From an uncultured Chloroflexia bacterium (lineage in GTDB: Bacteria > Chloroflexota > Limnocylindria > Limnocylindrales > CSP1-4): a stretch of DNA of 64,000 nucleotides. Below are positions 51,208-62,258 of the stretch, piece by piece. The DNA lies in contig CAWHXD010000008.1 of assembly GCA_963833225.1 (NCBI GenBank), forward strand, positions 128,001-192,000, read 5' to 3'. Every line of letters begins with the position of its first letter. Within the stretch, counting starts at the first letter, position 1. A program made the translations under genes and the position numbers. The notes under the pieces were generated by a model. That model was not told the DNA's origin. It searched no databases and saw nothing but the letters and a program-made list of their open reading frames with translations.

Positions 51208-53241
51208 GAGCCTCCCATTCCCGCGTAGTACCGCTGCGCGAGTGCCCAGGCGCCCTTGCCGCAGATCGCCCCGATCTCGCGGCCCGCGAAGTCGTCGGCC
51301 TGGATGTGGATGCCGCCCCACAGCCGTGACCGGCCGGCCTGGTCGGACGCGTCGTAGTAGGTCGCCCACTCGAGCCGGATGTCGGTCGTCGGCCCCTGCT
51401 CGAACTTGAGCGAGCCCGCCTTGATCGTGTAGCCCGACACCCCGCCCGGGAAGTACTCGCTTCCGGTGAATGCCGTGAGCACCTCGGCGCCGGCCCGGCT
51501 GAACGTGCTGTGCCCCGAGATGTACCCGGGAACGAGGGCGTCACGAACGTCGGCAGCTGGTACGGGACCCAGTCACCGGCCAGGATCCAGCCCACCCCGC
51601 CGAGCTCTGTCTTCGGGTCCGCAGGGGTTCCCGTCCACGCGTGCACGGCGATCTCGCCCTCGTGCCCGGCGAGCGCGGCGTGCCGCCCGCCCGGCGCCGT
51701 CGTCTCGGGGGTGATGAGCTCGATCAGGTCCGGGATCAGCGGCAGCCCCTCCGGGTCGTACGAGGGCAGCGACGGGTCGCTCGACTGACCGAGGCCACCC
51801 ATGTACCGGATCATCGAGATCGGGCGGATGCTGTCGTAGTGGCCCTTGAGCCCCCAGGCGGTGATGGCGGCGTCGTGGACCGCGCCGTTGAGGGCGAGGT
51901 AGAGCTTGACGTCCCACTCCAGCCGGCCGACGCGGCGCGCCCGTGCCCCCGATCCGGAGATCGGGGTCGAGCTCGTCGGACACGAAGTTGGCCAGCACGT
52001 TCCAGTGACCGGGTGGCGTCTCCGAGCTGGGGCCGTCGGCCCAGAACTCGGCCATCACCCGCCCGAAGTCCGCCTCGAGCACGATGTCGGGCGGGTACGG
52101 CTCACCGGTCACCGGGTTGACGGGGTGCCCGGCGCCGTCGTTGGTGCCGAGGTCGCTGCCGCCCATCACGGCGGGCGAGATGTCGATCGTCGCGCCGTCC
52201 GTCGGGTCGAGCAGGCTGCTGAGCTGGAGGACCTCGACGGCCTGGTCGCGATACGCCTGGTCGGTCGCGGGGTCACCCAGGCGGGGCGGCGGCCCGGGAT
52301 CGATCGGCGTGCCCGCCCCGCTGTCCGCCGGGAGCGCGAAGCCGGTCACGTGACCCCAGTGGGGGCCCGACGGCCTGCTGGACGCCGTTGGTCACCGGGA
52401 TCCCGTTCTGCGAGATCATGTGCTCGATCTGGAGCGGCTGCCAGCGGTTGGGATCCACGAGCGTCGTGCCCGATCCGGCGACCACGAGCGGCGGGTTCAC
52501 CGGCGCGTAGCCGACCGGCGCGTAGCCACCGTCCTCGTTCGATCCATCCGTCTTGCCATAGGCGATCACGACCTCGGCGATGCGGTTGCCCAGCGCCGCC
52601 GGGGAGTCGCCCTCGGTGATGGTGACGTCCACCGGGTAGCACATCGCGTCCATCAGGTCGGCGAACTCGCTCAGCGAGTCGGCGCCGCCCGTTGCCTTGA
52701 TGTAGCGCTCATTGAGCAGGCGATACGCGGCGTAGGACATCGCCTCGGCACGGGCCGCATCGACATCGTCGGCATGGAGCTTCTCGGTGACCAGGTAGCC
52801 CCGCGCGGTGGGATCGTAGGCGGCCCACGCATCCCACATCGCGACCGACGTGTGGAACAGGTTTCGGGCGTGGACGGTCGGGGCGGGCAGCGCCCGCCGG
52901 ATGGCGTCCAGCAGGACCTCGTCCCAGCGGCGGGCGACGGACCACGTCGGGTGCTCGGCGATCGGCGGGCAGGTGGGCGCCGTGACCCACGGACGCGTCA
53001 CCAGCAGCGCAGCGACCCCGCCAACCACCAGGACCGCGGCGACGGCCACCCCGGCGATCATCACGGCGGGTCGACGCCGCCGCGACGGCGCCGGTCGAAC
53101 CGGCTCGTCGGCCGGTGCCCCTTGGGCCGGGCTTCCGGCCGCGACCTCGGCCGTCGTCTCGCCCGTCGGCATCGTGGTCCCGTCCTGGCCGGGGCTCTTC
53201 GTCGCGTCACCGTTGCTCACGCCTTCGCCCTCCTCTGGCAC
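51204..53241 (-). CDS. Vanadium-dependent haloperoxidase-like protein (PAP2 superfamily), membrane-anchored, frameshifted
   Basis: SVARRW.E..L.AIR...PTVHARNLFH, EFWADGP..ETPPGHWN, RPIS, P.FPGY.SGHSTFS, SRLWGGIH. Confidence 0.8.
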
Positions 53242-53329
53242 CCGGCGTTGGCCGCCGCGGACGGCAGCCCGTCTGCGGCCGCTCCAGCCTCGTCATGCTA
53301 CTCCGCTGGCCCATCCGTCCCGCCGTGGA

Positions 53330-54316
53330 TCATGAGCCGGCCGCCGCGAACAGGCGCTCGATCACCCGCACGCCCGCCACGGCATCCGCCGCCGGGACCG
53401 CGGGCGCCACGCCATCGAGGACGGTCGCGGCGAATGCGTCCACCTCGCAGGCGTACGGGTCGGACGGTCCGAACACCAGCGTCTCGGTCTCGGGGGCCAC
53501 GGGCGGATCACCGCCCGCCGTGACGAACACCCGGGTCGGTCGGTCCGGCGGGATGTTGAACGGGATCTCGATGCTGATCCGGCCTGCCGACCCGTAGACA
53601 TGGACCCGCTGGTCGGGCTCCACGCGAGTGGAGCAGGTGAAGCTGGCCCGGCCGGAGCCAAAGGCCATGAGCGCCGTGGTCAGGACGTCCACCCCGGACA
53701 CCGGGTCCCGCGCCAGGGAGGCGGCGACGGTGTCGGGCTCGGCATCGAACAGCCAGCGCGACAGGCTCACCGAGTAGCACCCGATATCCCACAGCGCCCC
53801 ACCACCGAAGGCGAGGATGTTCCGGATGTTCGCCGGGTCGTCATTGAAGTACGAGAACCACGAGTCGACCGCGGCGAGCTGGCCGATCCGCCCCGACGCG
53901 ACCAGGTCGCGCACGGCAAGCCAGGTCGGGTGATGGCGATACATGAACGCCTCGGCCAGCACCCGCCCGGCCCGGCTGGCGGCATCGACCATCGCCTCGG
54001 CGTCCGCGACCGTCAGCGCGAGCGGCTTCTCGCACAGCACATGCTTGCCCGCCTCGAGCGCCCGGAGCGTCCACTCGGCGTGCAGGTGGTTGGGCAGCGG
54101 GATGTAGATCGCGTCCACGCCGGGATCCGCCAGGAGTGCCTCGTAGGACCCGTGGGCGACGGGGATCTCGAGCCGGTCGGCCACCGCGCGCGCCCGTCCG
54201 GCATCGCGCGACGCGATCGCGGCCACCTCGGCGCGCGCGGCCCGGCGCATCCCCGGGATCACGTTCCCGGTCGCGATGTCCGCTGTCGACAGGACCCCCC
54301 AACGAAGCCGATCCAT
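53330..54316 (-). CDS. Gfo/Idh/MocA oxidoreductase (possible D-xylose dehydrogenase)
   Basis: WGVLSTA.I, YIPLPNHLH, HVLCEKP, GGGALWDIGCY. Confidence 0.88.
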   Translation of the reverse strand: MDRLRWGVLSTADIATGNVIPGMRRAARAEVAAIASRDAGRARAVADRLEIPVAHGSYEALLADPGVDAIYIPLPNHLHAEWTLRALEAGKHVLCEKPLALTVADAEAMVDAASRAGRVLAEAFMYRHHPTWLAVRDLVASGRIGQLAAVDSWFSYFNDDPANIRNILAFGGGALWDIGCYSVSLSRWLFDAEPDTVAASLARDPVSGVDVLTTALMAFGSGRASFTCSTRVEPDQRVHVYGSAGRISIEIPFNIPPDRPTRVFVTAGGDPPVAPETETLVFGPSDPYACEVDAFAATVLDGVAPAVPAADAVAGVRVIERLFAAAGS

Positions 54317-54336
54317 GAGTTCCTCCGCCGCTGGTC

Positions 54337-54366
54337 TTGACAGCCGTGGGGCTCACGCGTCAGTCT
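54337..54366 (+). promoter_or_regulatory. Putative sigma70 promoter of xylR
   Basis: TTGACA-N18-CAGTCT. Confidence 0.55.
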
Positions 54367-54373
54367 GGCACAT

Positions 54374-54396
54374 ATTTGAACGGGAGGAACACAAAC
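54374..54396. promoter_or_regulatory. Putative XylR (ROK) operator
   Basis: ATTTGAACGGGAGGAACACAAAC, 23-bp imperfect palindrome overlapping the SD; resembles the site before xylA. Confidence 0.5.
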
Positions 54397-54399
54397 CCT

Positions 54400-55635
54400 G
54401 TGACTCACCGGCGGCTCGACCTCGGGCAACGCAGCGAGACGGTTCGGCGAGCGAACCTGAGCTCGATCGTCCGCGTCCTGCACAACGATGGCCCGCAGTC
54501 GAGATCGGACCTCGTCGGGCACACCGGCCTGACGCGCAGCGCCATCCGCGCGCTGGTCGGCGAGCTGACCAGCGCCGGGGTTGCGATCGAGGATCCGGGC
54601 GTGGCCAATGGCCGGCCCGGTCGTCCCTCGCCAGAGGTCCGCCTCGTCCCCGATGCCGTCGTGGCCGTCGCGTTCTCGATCCTGGTCGACTCGCTCTCCG
54701 TGGCGGTCGTGGGCCTGGGCGGCGCGATGCTCGCCGAGGCCCGCACGGACCGCCCGCGGGGCCACAGCTCCCCGGAGGAGGTTGCCGACGATCTCGTGGC
54801 GCTGCTCCGGCACCTGCCCGGCGGCCCGCCGCCCGTCGACCGCGTCGCCGGCGTTGGCGTGGCCGTGGCCGCCGTCGTCCGACGATCCGATGGGATGGTC
54901 GAGATGGCGCCCAACCTGGGCTGGCGTGGCGTGCCCCTCGCACGGCTGGTGGCCGGGCGCCTGGGCTGGTCCGTGCCCGTGCTTGTGGGCAACGAGTCCG
55001 ACTTGGGAATGCTGGCCGAGGTCCGCCGCGGCGCCGCGATCGGTATCGATGACCTCATCTACCTCCACGGCGAGGTGGGCGTCGGTGCCGGCATCTACGC
55101 CGGCGGCCGACCCCTCACGGGCGCCGCCGGCTACGCGGGCGAGCTTGGCCACTTCCCGATCGAGGCCGAGGGAGCGCGGTGCCGTTGCGGCTCTCGGGGC
55201 TGCTGGGAGACGGTCGTCGGCACCGAGGCCCTGCTCGTGCGCGCGGGACGACCCGCGGATTCGGGCGACGATGGCGTCGAGGAGCTCTTCAGCGATGCCG
55301 CCGCCGGCGATCGCGTCGTGCTCGGAGCGATCGAGGAGACCGGCCGCCGGCTCGGGATCGGGCTGGCCGGCTTCGTCAACGTGTTCAACCCGCGGCTCGT
55401 GGTCCTCGGCGGCCTGTTCGGCCGCCTCGAGCCATTCGCCCACGCCGCGATCGTGAGCGGGCTCGATGAGCGTGCCCTGCCCGCAAGCCGCGCCATGGTG
55501 CGCGTGGTGCCTGCAGCCCTGCGCGAGGAAGCGACCCTGCTCGGCGCGGCCGAGCTCGCCCTCGAGGGCTTCCTGGATGATCCATCGGCATGGCTCGCCC
55601 CAAGCGAGGCTGTCGGCGAGCTTGCGACGGCATGA
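54400..55635 (+). CDS. xylR: ROK family transcriptional regulator (xylose repressor)
   Basis: N-terminal HTH SRSDL...GLTRS, GRP, GELGH, CRCGSRGCWE; xylose gene context. Confidence 0.8.
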   Translation: MTHRRLDLGQRSETVRRANLSSIVRVLHNDGPQSRSDLVGHTGLTRSAIRALVGELTSAGVAIEDPGVANGRPGRPSPEVRLVPDAVVAVAFSILVDSLSVAVVGLGGAMLAEARTDRPRGHSSPEEVADDLVALLRHLPGGPPPVDRVAGVGVAVAAVVRRSDGMVEMAPNLGWRGVPLARLVAGRLGWSVPVLVGNESDLGMLAEVRRGAAIGIDDLIYLHGEVGVGAGIYAGGRPLTGAAGYAGELGHFPIEAEGARCRCGSRGCWETVVGTEALLVRAGRPADSGDDGVEELFSDAAAGDRVVLGAIEETGRRLGIGLAGFVNVFNPRLVVLGGLFGRLEPFAHAAIVSGLDERALPASRAMVRVVPAALREEATLLGAAELALEGFLDDPSAWLAPSEAVGELATA

Positions 55636-55805
55636 GACCGTCGCCCGTCATCCTGACTCGTGGCTGCCAGTCCCCGCTCGGGGTCGGGCGTGATGAAAGG
55701 AGCGATCGAACGCTGTAGCCTGTCCGGGAACCGTCCACATCGCGTGACCATTCTGGCTCCCGCCGTCGAGCCGACGCCGGGGGACCCCTGGAGGAGAGCA
55801 CACGC

Positions 55806-56948
55806 ATGAATCTGCGCAAGATTGCGGCCCTGCTGGGCGCCTCGGCGGTCTTCGTCGCGGCCTGTGGCAGCGGAGCGGCAACGACCGCTCCCACGACCGC
55901 TCCCACGACCGCTCCCACCGTAGCCCCGACCGAGGCCATGACCGAGGCGCCCAGCGCCCAGGCCGGCTGCGTCGTCGGTGTGTCCTGGAACAACTACCAG
56001 GAGGAGCGCTGGGCCCACTGGGACGAGCCCGCCCTCAAGGACGCCATCGCGGCCGGCGGCGGCTCGTACATCTCGAACGACGCCAAGTCGTCGGCTGAGG
56101 CCCAGGCATCCAACGTCGAGAACCTGATCGCACAGGGCGCCAACGTCCTGGTGATCCTCGCCCAGGACGGCACCGCCATCAAGCCGTCCGTTGCCAACGC
56201 GATCGCCAACGGCGTCCCCGTCATCGCCTACGACCGCCTGATCGAGGATCCGGCGGCCCTGTACATCACCTTTGACAACAAGCTGGTCGGCAAGATGCAG
56301 GCGGAGGCTGTCCTGGCCGTCGTGTCCGAGGGCAACTTCGCGGTCATCAAGGGCAACTCGGCCGACGCCAACGCGGACTTCCTCCGCGCGGGCATGGTCG
56401 AGGCCGGCATCCCGGCCGTCGGCGAGACGGATCCCACGGGCAAGATCAAGATCGTGGGTGAGACGTACACCGACAACTGGGACCCGGCCAACGCCCAGAC
56501 CGAGATGGAGCAGATCCTGTCCGCAAACGACAACAAGGTCGATGCGGTGCTGTCGGAGAACGACGGCATGGCCGGAGGCGTCGTCGCGGCGCTTGAGGCC
56601 CAGGGCATGGCGGGGACGGTTCCCGTGTCCGGCCAGGACGGCGACAAGGCCGCCCTCAACCGCGTGGCGCTCGGCACCCAGACGGTCTCCGTCTGGAAGG
56701 ACGCCCGGGAGCTGGGCAAGGCCGCCGGCGAGGCGGCAATCGCCCTGTGTGCCAACCCCGACATCAAGTCCGTCCCCGGCGTCGTGCAGTTCATGAGCCC
56801 GGGCAACAACGACATGACCTCGATCTTCCTGACCCCGATCCCGATCAAGCAGGACAACCTGAATGTCGTGGTCGACGCCGGCTGGATCGACAAGGCCTCG
56901 CTCTGCCAGGGCGTGACCGACACCGCGGCCGTCCCCGCCTGCCAGTAG
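55806..56948 (+). CDS. xylF: D-xylose ABC transporter substrate-binding lipoprotein
   Basis: Lipobox VAAC, EERW, VIAYDRLI, FDN..VG..Q, NDGMAGG, VSGQDGD, QTVSVWKD. Confidence 0.85.
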   Translation: MNLRKIAALLGASAVFVAACGSGAATTAPTTAPTTAPTVAPTEAMTEAPSAQAGCVVGVSWNNYQEERWAHWDEPALKDAIAAGGGSYISNDAKSSAEAQASNVENLIAQGANVLVILAQDGTAIKPSVANAIANGVPVIAYDRLIEDPAALYITFDNKLVGKMQAEAVLAVVSEGNFAVIKGNSADANADFLRAGMVEAGIPAVGETDPTGKIKIVGETYTDNWDPANAQTEMEQILSANDNKVDAVLSENDGMAGGVVAALEAQGMAGTVPVSGQDGDKAALNRVALGTQTVSVWKDARELGKAAGEAAIALCANPDIKSVPGVVQFMSPGNNDMTSIFLTPIPIKQDNLNVVVDAGWIDKASLCQGVTDTAAVPACQ

Positions 56949-57011
56949 GCGAGACGCCGCACTGACCCACTCGCGCCCTGCGCCGCGATCGCGACGCAGG
57001 GCGCGTCTCGC
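56949..57011 (+). other. Intercistronic stem-loop after xylF
   Basis: CGCGCCCTGCG...CGCAGGGCGCG inverted repeat. Confidence 0.45.
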
Positions 57012-57037
57012 ATCCGCCGTCCTCCACGAGGGAGCTG

Positions 57038-58321
57038 ATGTCCGACACGAAATCGCCGAACGCCACCCGGCAGCCTGGGGGCCGATCCGTCCGGTCGACC
57101 ATCGCCGCGATCGAGGTCGACACGCGCCTCATCGGCATGGTGGTGGCCCTCGCGGGCATCTGGGTGTTCTTCAACGTCCTGTCCGGCGGCAACTTCATCA
57201 CGCCGCGCAACCTCTGGAACCTGTCGGTCCAGAGCGCCTCGATCGCGATCATGGCCACGGGCATGGTGCTGATCATCGTGTCCCGCAACATCGACCTCTC
57301 CGTGGGCTCGATGCTGGGCTTCCTGGGCTACGCGATGGCGATGCTCCAGGCGGTGTGGATCCCCAACGCGCTCGGCCTGGGCTTCGACCAGCCGTACACC
57401 TGGGTCGTCACGATCCTGTTCGGGATCGTCCTGGGGGCCATGGCGGGCGGCATCCAGGGTCTCCTGGTCGCCTACGCCGGCATCCCGTCGTTCATCGTCA
57501 CCCTTGGCGGCCTCCTCGTCTGGCGCGGCTTGATCTTCCGGTTCCAGCAGGGTCAGACCATCGCCCCGCTGGACAGCACCTTCCGATTGCTGGGGGGCGG
57601 TGCGACCGGCTCCCTGGGCGACACGGCGAGCTGGGTCCTCGGCGCGCTCATGTGCGTCGGCATCATCTACACGCTCGTTGCCGGCCGGCGCCGGCGGCAG
57701 CGATACGACTTCCCGCTGCGCCCGATCTGGGCCGAGGCCCTGATCGGTGCCGTCGGCTGCGGCGCCGTGATGGCCGCCATCTGGGTCGCCAACAGCTACC
57801 TGTGGCCGGAGCAGCTCGCCAAGCAGGCCGGCTTTGACGTTCCGCCCGCGACCGGCGTCGCCTACCCCGTCGTCATCCTGATCGTCGTGGGCCTGGCGAT
57901 CACGTATCTCGCCACGCGGCGCCGGTTCGGACGCTACGTCTACGCGATCGGCGGCAACCCCGATGCCGCGGAGCTGGGCGGCATCAACGTGCGGCGCACC
58001 ATCCTGGGCACCTTCGCCCTGATGGGCATGCTCGCCGCGATCAGCGCCGCGGTGCAGACCGCGCGCCTCAACTCGGCAGTCACCAACCTGGGCGTGACCA
58101 ACGAGCTCGACGTCATCTCCGCGGCCGTGATCGGCGGCACTTCCTTCGCGGGTGGCATCGGCACCATCCCGGGCGCCATCCTCGGCGCCGTGGTGATGCA
58201 ATCGTTGCGCTCCGGCATGCTCCTGCTCAACGTGGACTCGCCCACCCAGGACGTGGTCGTCGGCATCGTCCTGATCGCCGCCGTCGGCTTCGATGCATTC
58301 CTGCGTCGCCGGGCTTCCTGA
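57038..58321 (+). CDS. xylH: Xylose ABC transporter permease
   Basis: IDLSVGS, IPSFIVTLGG, FGRYVYAIGGN, ELDVISAAVIGG. Confidence 0.88.
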   Translation: MSDTKSPNATRQPGGRSVRSTIAAIEVDTRLIGMVVALAGIWVFFNVLSGGNFITPRNLWNLSVQSASIAIMATGMVLIIVSRNIDLSVGSMLGFLGYAMAMLQAVWIPNALGLGFDQPYTWVVTILFGIVLGAMAGGIQGLLVAYAGIPSFIVTLGGLLVWRGLIFRFQQGQTIAPLDSTFRLLGGGATGSLGDTASWVLGALMCVGIIYTLVAGRRRRQRYDFPLRPIWAEALIGAVGCGAVMAAIWVANSYLWPEQLAKQAGFDVPPATGVAYPVVILIVVGLAITYLATRRRFGRYVYAIGGNPDAAELGGINVRRTILGTFALMGMLAAISAAVQTARLNSAVTNLGVTNELDVISAAVIGGTSFAGGIGTIPGAILGAVVMQSLRSGMLLLNVDSPTQDVVVGIVLIAAVGFDAFLRRRAS

Positions 58322-58476
58322 GGGTATCGAGATGGACCAGCGCAACGAGCCCGTGCCCCAGACACCGGCCGCTTCCGGACCAGGCGAACCGGCCGATCCG
58401 ATGACCCCTCCGACTGCTCGAGGCTCCCCGGGGGGGCGTACCCCTCGTCGACCGCTCCGGGCCGCCCCTTGTCGAG

Positions 58477-59232
58477 ATGCGCAATATCCGGGTCGCGTTC
58501 GGCGGCGTCCACGCCGTCGAGGACGTGTCCGTTGACCTCTACCCCGGCGAGGTCATGGGCCTGGTCGGCGGCAACGGCGCCGGCAAATCGACGCTCATCC
58601 GCGTGCTCTCCGGCGCCCACGTCGCGGACTCGGGCAAGATCCTGATCAACGGGGCCCCGGTCGAGATCCGGAACCCGCGCGATGCCAAGGCCTACGGCAT
58701 CGAGACCATCTACCAGACGCTCGCGCTCGCCGACAACGTCGACGCGGCGGCCAACGTGTTCCTCGGGCGCGAGCGCCTCACCCGGATGGGCTCGCTCGAC
58801 GACGCGGCGATGGAATCCGCCACCCGCAACGTGATGGGCCGGCTCAACCCGCGGTTCCACAACTTCAAGACGGCGGTGAAGTCGCTGTCGGGCGGCCAGC
58901 GCCAGTCCGTCGCGATCGCGAGGGCGGTCCACTTCAACGCCAAGATCCTGATCATGGACGAGCCCACCGCGGCGCTCGGGCCGGCCGAGACGGCCCAGGT
59001 CCGGGACCTCGTGATGCAGCTCAAGGCGGAGGGCATCGGGATCTTCCTGATCAGCCATGACATCCACGACGTGTTCGACCTCTCGGACCGGATCAGCGTC
59101 ATGCTCCAGGGCCGCCTGGTGGGCACGGTGGACCGGGACAGGATCACCAAGGACCAGGTCCTGGCGATGATCATCATGGGCAAGCAGCCCGGCGAGGCAT
59201 CGGAGCGGGAGATGGCCGAGCTCCTCGGCTGA
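58477..59232 (+). CDS. xylG: Sugar ABC transporter ATPase (single domain; true start may lie upstream)
   Basis: [32 protein letters not shown]. Confidence 0.82.
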   Translation: MRNIRVAFGGVHAVEDVSVDLYPGEVMGLVGGNGAGKSTLIRVLSGAHVADSGKILINGAPVEIRNPRDAKAYGIETIYQTLALADNVDAAANVFLGRERLTRMGSLDDAAMESATRNVMGRLNPRFHNFKTAVKSLSGGQRQSVAIARAVHFNAKILIMDEPTAALGPAETAQVRDLVMQLKAEGIGIFLISHDIHDVFDLSDRISVMLQGRLVGTVDRDRITKDQVLAMIIMGKQPGEASEREMAELLG

Positions 59233-59309
59233 CCAGCAGCCGCCCAACGGGGCGAGCGGGCTCCCGCGACCACGGGGCGGGTCCCCGGGCGGTCGCGCCC
59301 GTGGCCGCC

Positions 59310-60798
59310 TCAGCCGGGGTGGTGGAACAACGGCGCCAGGGCCGGGTAGAGCGCCCGGTAGCGTGCGTGCGTCTCGGCATAGACCGGTGCATCGGGGCCG
59401 GGCTCCGCGACGAGCTCGGAGCGCACCAGGGCGTTCGCGGCCGCGTCCACGTCGGGGAACCAGCCGCCACCCACGGCGGCCAGCAGGGCGGCCCCGAACG
59501 CCGCGCCCTCGGTCGTTGCCGGCGTGGCGATCGCCGCCCCCAGCGCATCGGCCAGGATCTGCCGCCACACGGGACTCGCGAGGCCGCCACCGGAGGCGAG
59601 GATCGTCGAGGGCATCGGCATGCCCGCCGCCAGCATCAGGTCCAGCCCGTCCCGCAGGCCGAAGGCGACGCCCTCCAGCACGGCGCGGGTCAAGTGGCGG
59701 CGATCGTGCCCGAGGGTGAGACCCACGAACGCGCCGCGCGCCTGCGGGTCGGGGTGCGGGCAGCGTTCACCGGTCAGGTAGGGCAGGAACAGCAGGCCGT
59801 CGGCTCCCGGGGCGACCTCGGCGGCGGGCTCCACCAGGTCGGGGTAGGGGTCGCCGGGCGCCACGGCGTCCCGGAACCAGCGCAGGCTCCCCGCGGCCGA
59901 CAGCATCACCGACATCAGGTGCCAGCGACCGGGCACCGCGTGACAGAACGCGTGAACGCGACCCGCCGGGTCGAAGATGGGCCGGTCCGTGGTCGCGAAC
60001 ACCACACCCGAGGTCCCCAGCGACAGGGCGACCTTGCCGGGCACCACGGCGCCCACGCCGACGGCGTTCGCCGCCTGGTCTCCCCCGCCGGCGACCACGG
60101 GAGTGCCCTCGCGCACGCCGGTCGCCGCCGCGGCGGCGCGGGTGACCGTCCCCGTCACGGCCGTCCCCTCGTGCGTCGCCGGCATCCAGGCCGGCTCGAT
60201 CCGGAGGGCGCCGAGCATCTCCGCCGACCAGTCGCGCGCGGCGAGGTCGAACAGGATCGTCCCGGAGCCGCCGGCCTTGTCCATCGCGTGCTCGCCGGTC
60301 AGCTGCAGCCGGACGAAGTCCTTGGGCAGCAGGACATGCGCGACGCGCGCCCAGGCCGCGGGCTCGTGGTCCCGCACCCAGACGAGCTTGGGGGCCGTGA
60401 ACCCGGTGAGGGCGTCGTTGCCGGTGATCTCCACCAGGCGCGCCGGACCCAGCGCGGCCCGGATCAGGTCACACTCGGCCGCCGTCCGCTGGTCGTTCCA
60501 CAGGATAGCCGGACGGATCACCTCGCCTGCCGCATCGAGCAGCACCAGCCCATGCATCTGGCCGGTCAGGCCCACCGCAACGACATCCTGCCCGGTCACC
60601 CCGGCAGCGGCCAGCGCGCGCGGGATGGCCTCGATCGCCGCCTTCCACCAGAGGCCCGGATCCTGTTCGCTCCACTGCGGCTGTGGCTGCTCGAAGCCGT
60701 ACTCCGACGCAGCCACGCTCAGGACATCGCCACCGCTCGCCGACGACGATCGCCTTGGTGGCGGTGGTCGAGACGTCGATCCCGAGGACGACGCCCAT
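59310..60798 (-). CDS. xylB: Xylulokinase (frameshift near 60740)
   Basis: LGIDVSTT..K, LTGQMHG, ILWNDQR, GGGDQAA, LGTSG, FLPYLTGER.P. Confidence 0.92.
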
Positions 60799-60801
60799 CG
60801 A

Positions 60802-62152
60802 TCAGCCCCCGGCGGGCCGGTTCGCCGCCCAGACGCTCCGGTTGACGAGGTGCTCGAGCCGCTCCTGGCCGCCGGAGACCCGGGTCGGCTGGATCGAGCC
60901 GCTCGCGACGCGAGCCTCGAGGTCCGCCAGGCTCTCGCTCCCGTCGAGGATCGCGCGGCCCAAGGCGCCCTCCCAGCCCGCGTAGCGCGCCTCGCGGTTC
61001 GCGAGCAGCTCGCCTCGCTCCACGAGATCGGCCGCCGCCAGCAGGGCCTGGGCAAGCGCGTCCATGCCACCGATGTGGGCGTAGAACAGGTCGGTGCGGT
61101 CGGTGGACTGGCGGCGCAGCTTGGCGTCGAAGTTGAAGCCACCCGTGGTGAACCCGCCGGCCTTGAGGATCTCGTACAGCGGCATGACCAGGTCGTCCAC
61201 GGAGTTCGGGAACTGGTCGGTGTCCCAGCCGTTCTGGGGATCGCCCCGGTTGGCGTCGATCGAGCCGAACATGCCGTTCGCCACGGCGTACGCGACCTCG
61301 TGGTGGAAGGAGTGACCGGCAAGCGTGGCGTGGTTGGCCTCGATGTTGGTCTTGAACTCGCCCTCCAGGCCGTGGCGGACGAGGAAGCCGTGCACGGTCG
61401 CGGTGTCGTAGTCGTACTGGTGCTTGGTGGGCTCCTGCGGCTTGGGCTCGATCAGCAGCTGGCCCTCGAAACCGATCTTTGCCTTGTGCTCCGCGACCAG
61501 GTGCAGGAACCGGGCGAGCTGGTCGCCCTCGCGCCGCAGGTCCGTGTTGAGCAGCGTGTCGTAGCCCTCACGTCCACCCCACAGGACGTAGTTGGTGCCG
61601 CCCAGCCGCTGGGTGACCTCGAGCATGTGCTTGACCTGCGCCGCCGCGTAGGCGAACACCTCGGGATCCGGGTTGGTCGCCGCGCCCGCCTGGTAGCGCG
61701 GGTGGGTGAACAGGTTGGCGGTGCCCCACAGGAGCTTGACGCCCGTGCGCTCCTGGTAGCCCGCTGCCTCGTCCGTCGAGGGCGTCGAGATTGTCCCGGA
61801 ATTCGGCGAAGCTCGCGCCTTCCGGGGCCACGTCACGGTCGTGGAAGCAGTAGTACGGAACGCCCAGCTTGCCCAGGAACTCGAACACGACGGCGAGCCG
61901 CTCGCGTGCGGCACCCATCGGGTCTGCGAGCGGGTCCAGCCACGGGCGGTCCAGCGTGCCGGCGCCGAACATGTCGCGACCGTCCCAGGCAAAGGAGTGC
62001 CACAGGCAGGCGCCAATCCGGAGGTGCTCCTCCATCCGCTTGCCGAGGACCAGCCGATCCGGGTCATAGACCTTGAAGGCGAGCGGGTCCGTCGAGTCCA
62101 GTCCGCCGAACTGGATGCGGTCCGTCACCTCGGTGAAGAACGGCTCGGTCAT
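60802..62152 (-). CDS. xylA: Xylose isomerase (frameshift near 61780)
   Basis: [48 protein letters not shown]. Confidence 0.95.
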
Positions 62153-62209
62153 TGCGCTTGCCTCCACGTTGCCGACGCCACGGCCGGCGCCAGGCGCCCG
62201 GTCCGCGGT

Positions 62210-62232
62210 GTTTGTTCGATGATATTACATAC
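62210..62232. promoter_or_regulatory. Putative XylR operator upstream of xylA
   Basis: GTTTGTTCGATGATATTACATAC, AT-rich 23-bp imperfect palindrome in GC-rich DNA. Confidence 0.6.
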
Positions 62233-62258
62233 CCGCCGGGCAGGCTACCCCGGCGCGG

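Noticed and set aside
55880-55930. 12-bp tandem repeat ACGACCGCTCCC in xylF
   Set aside because: An ordinary TTAP lipoprotein linker.
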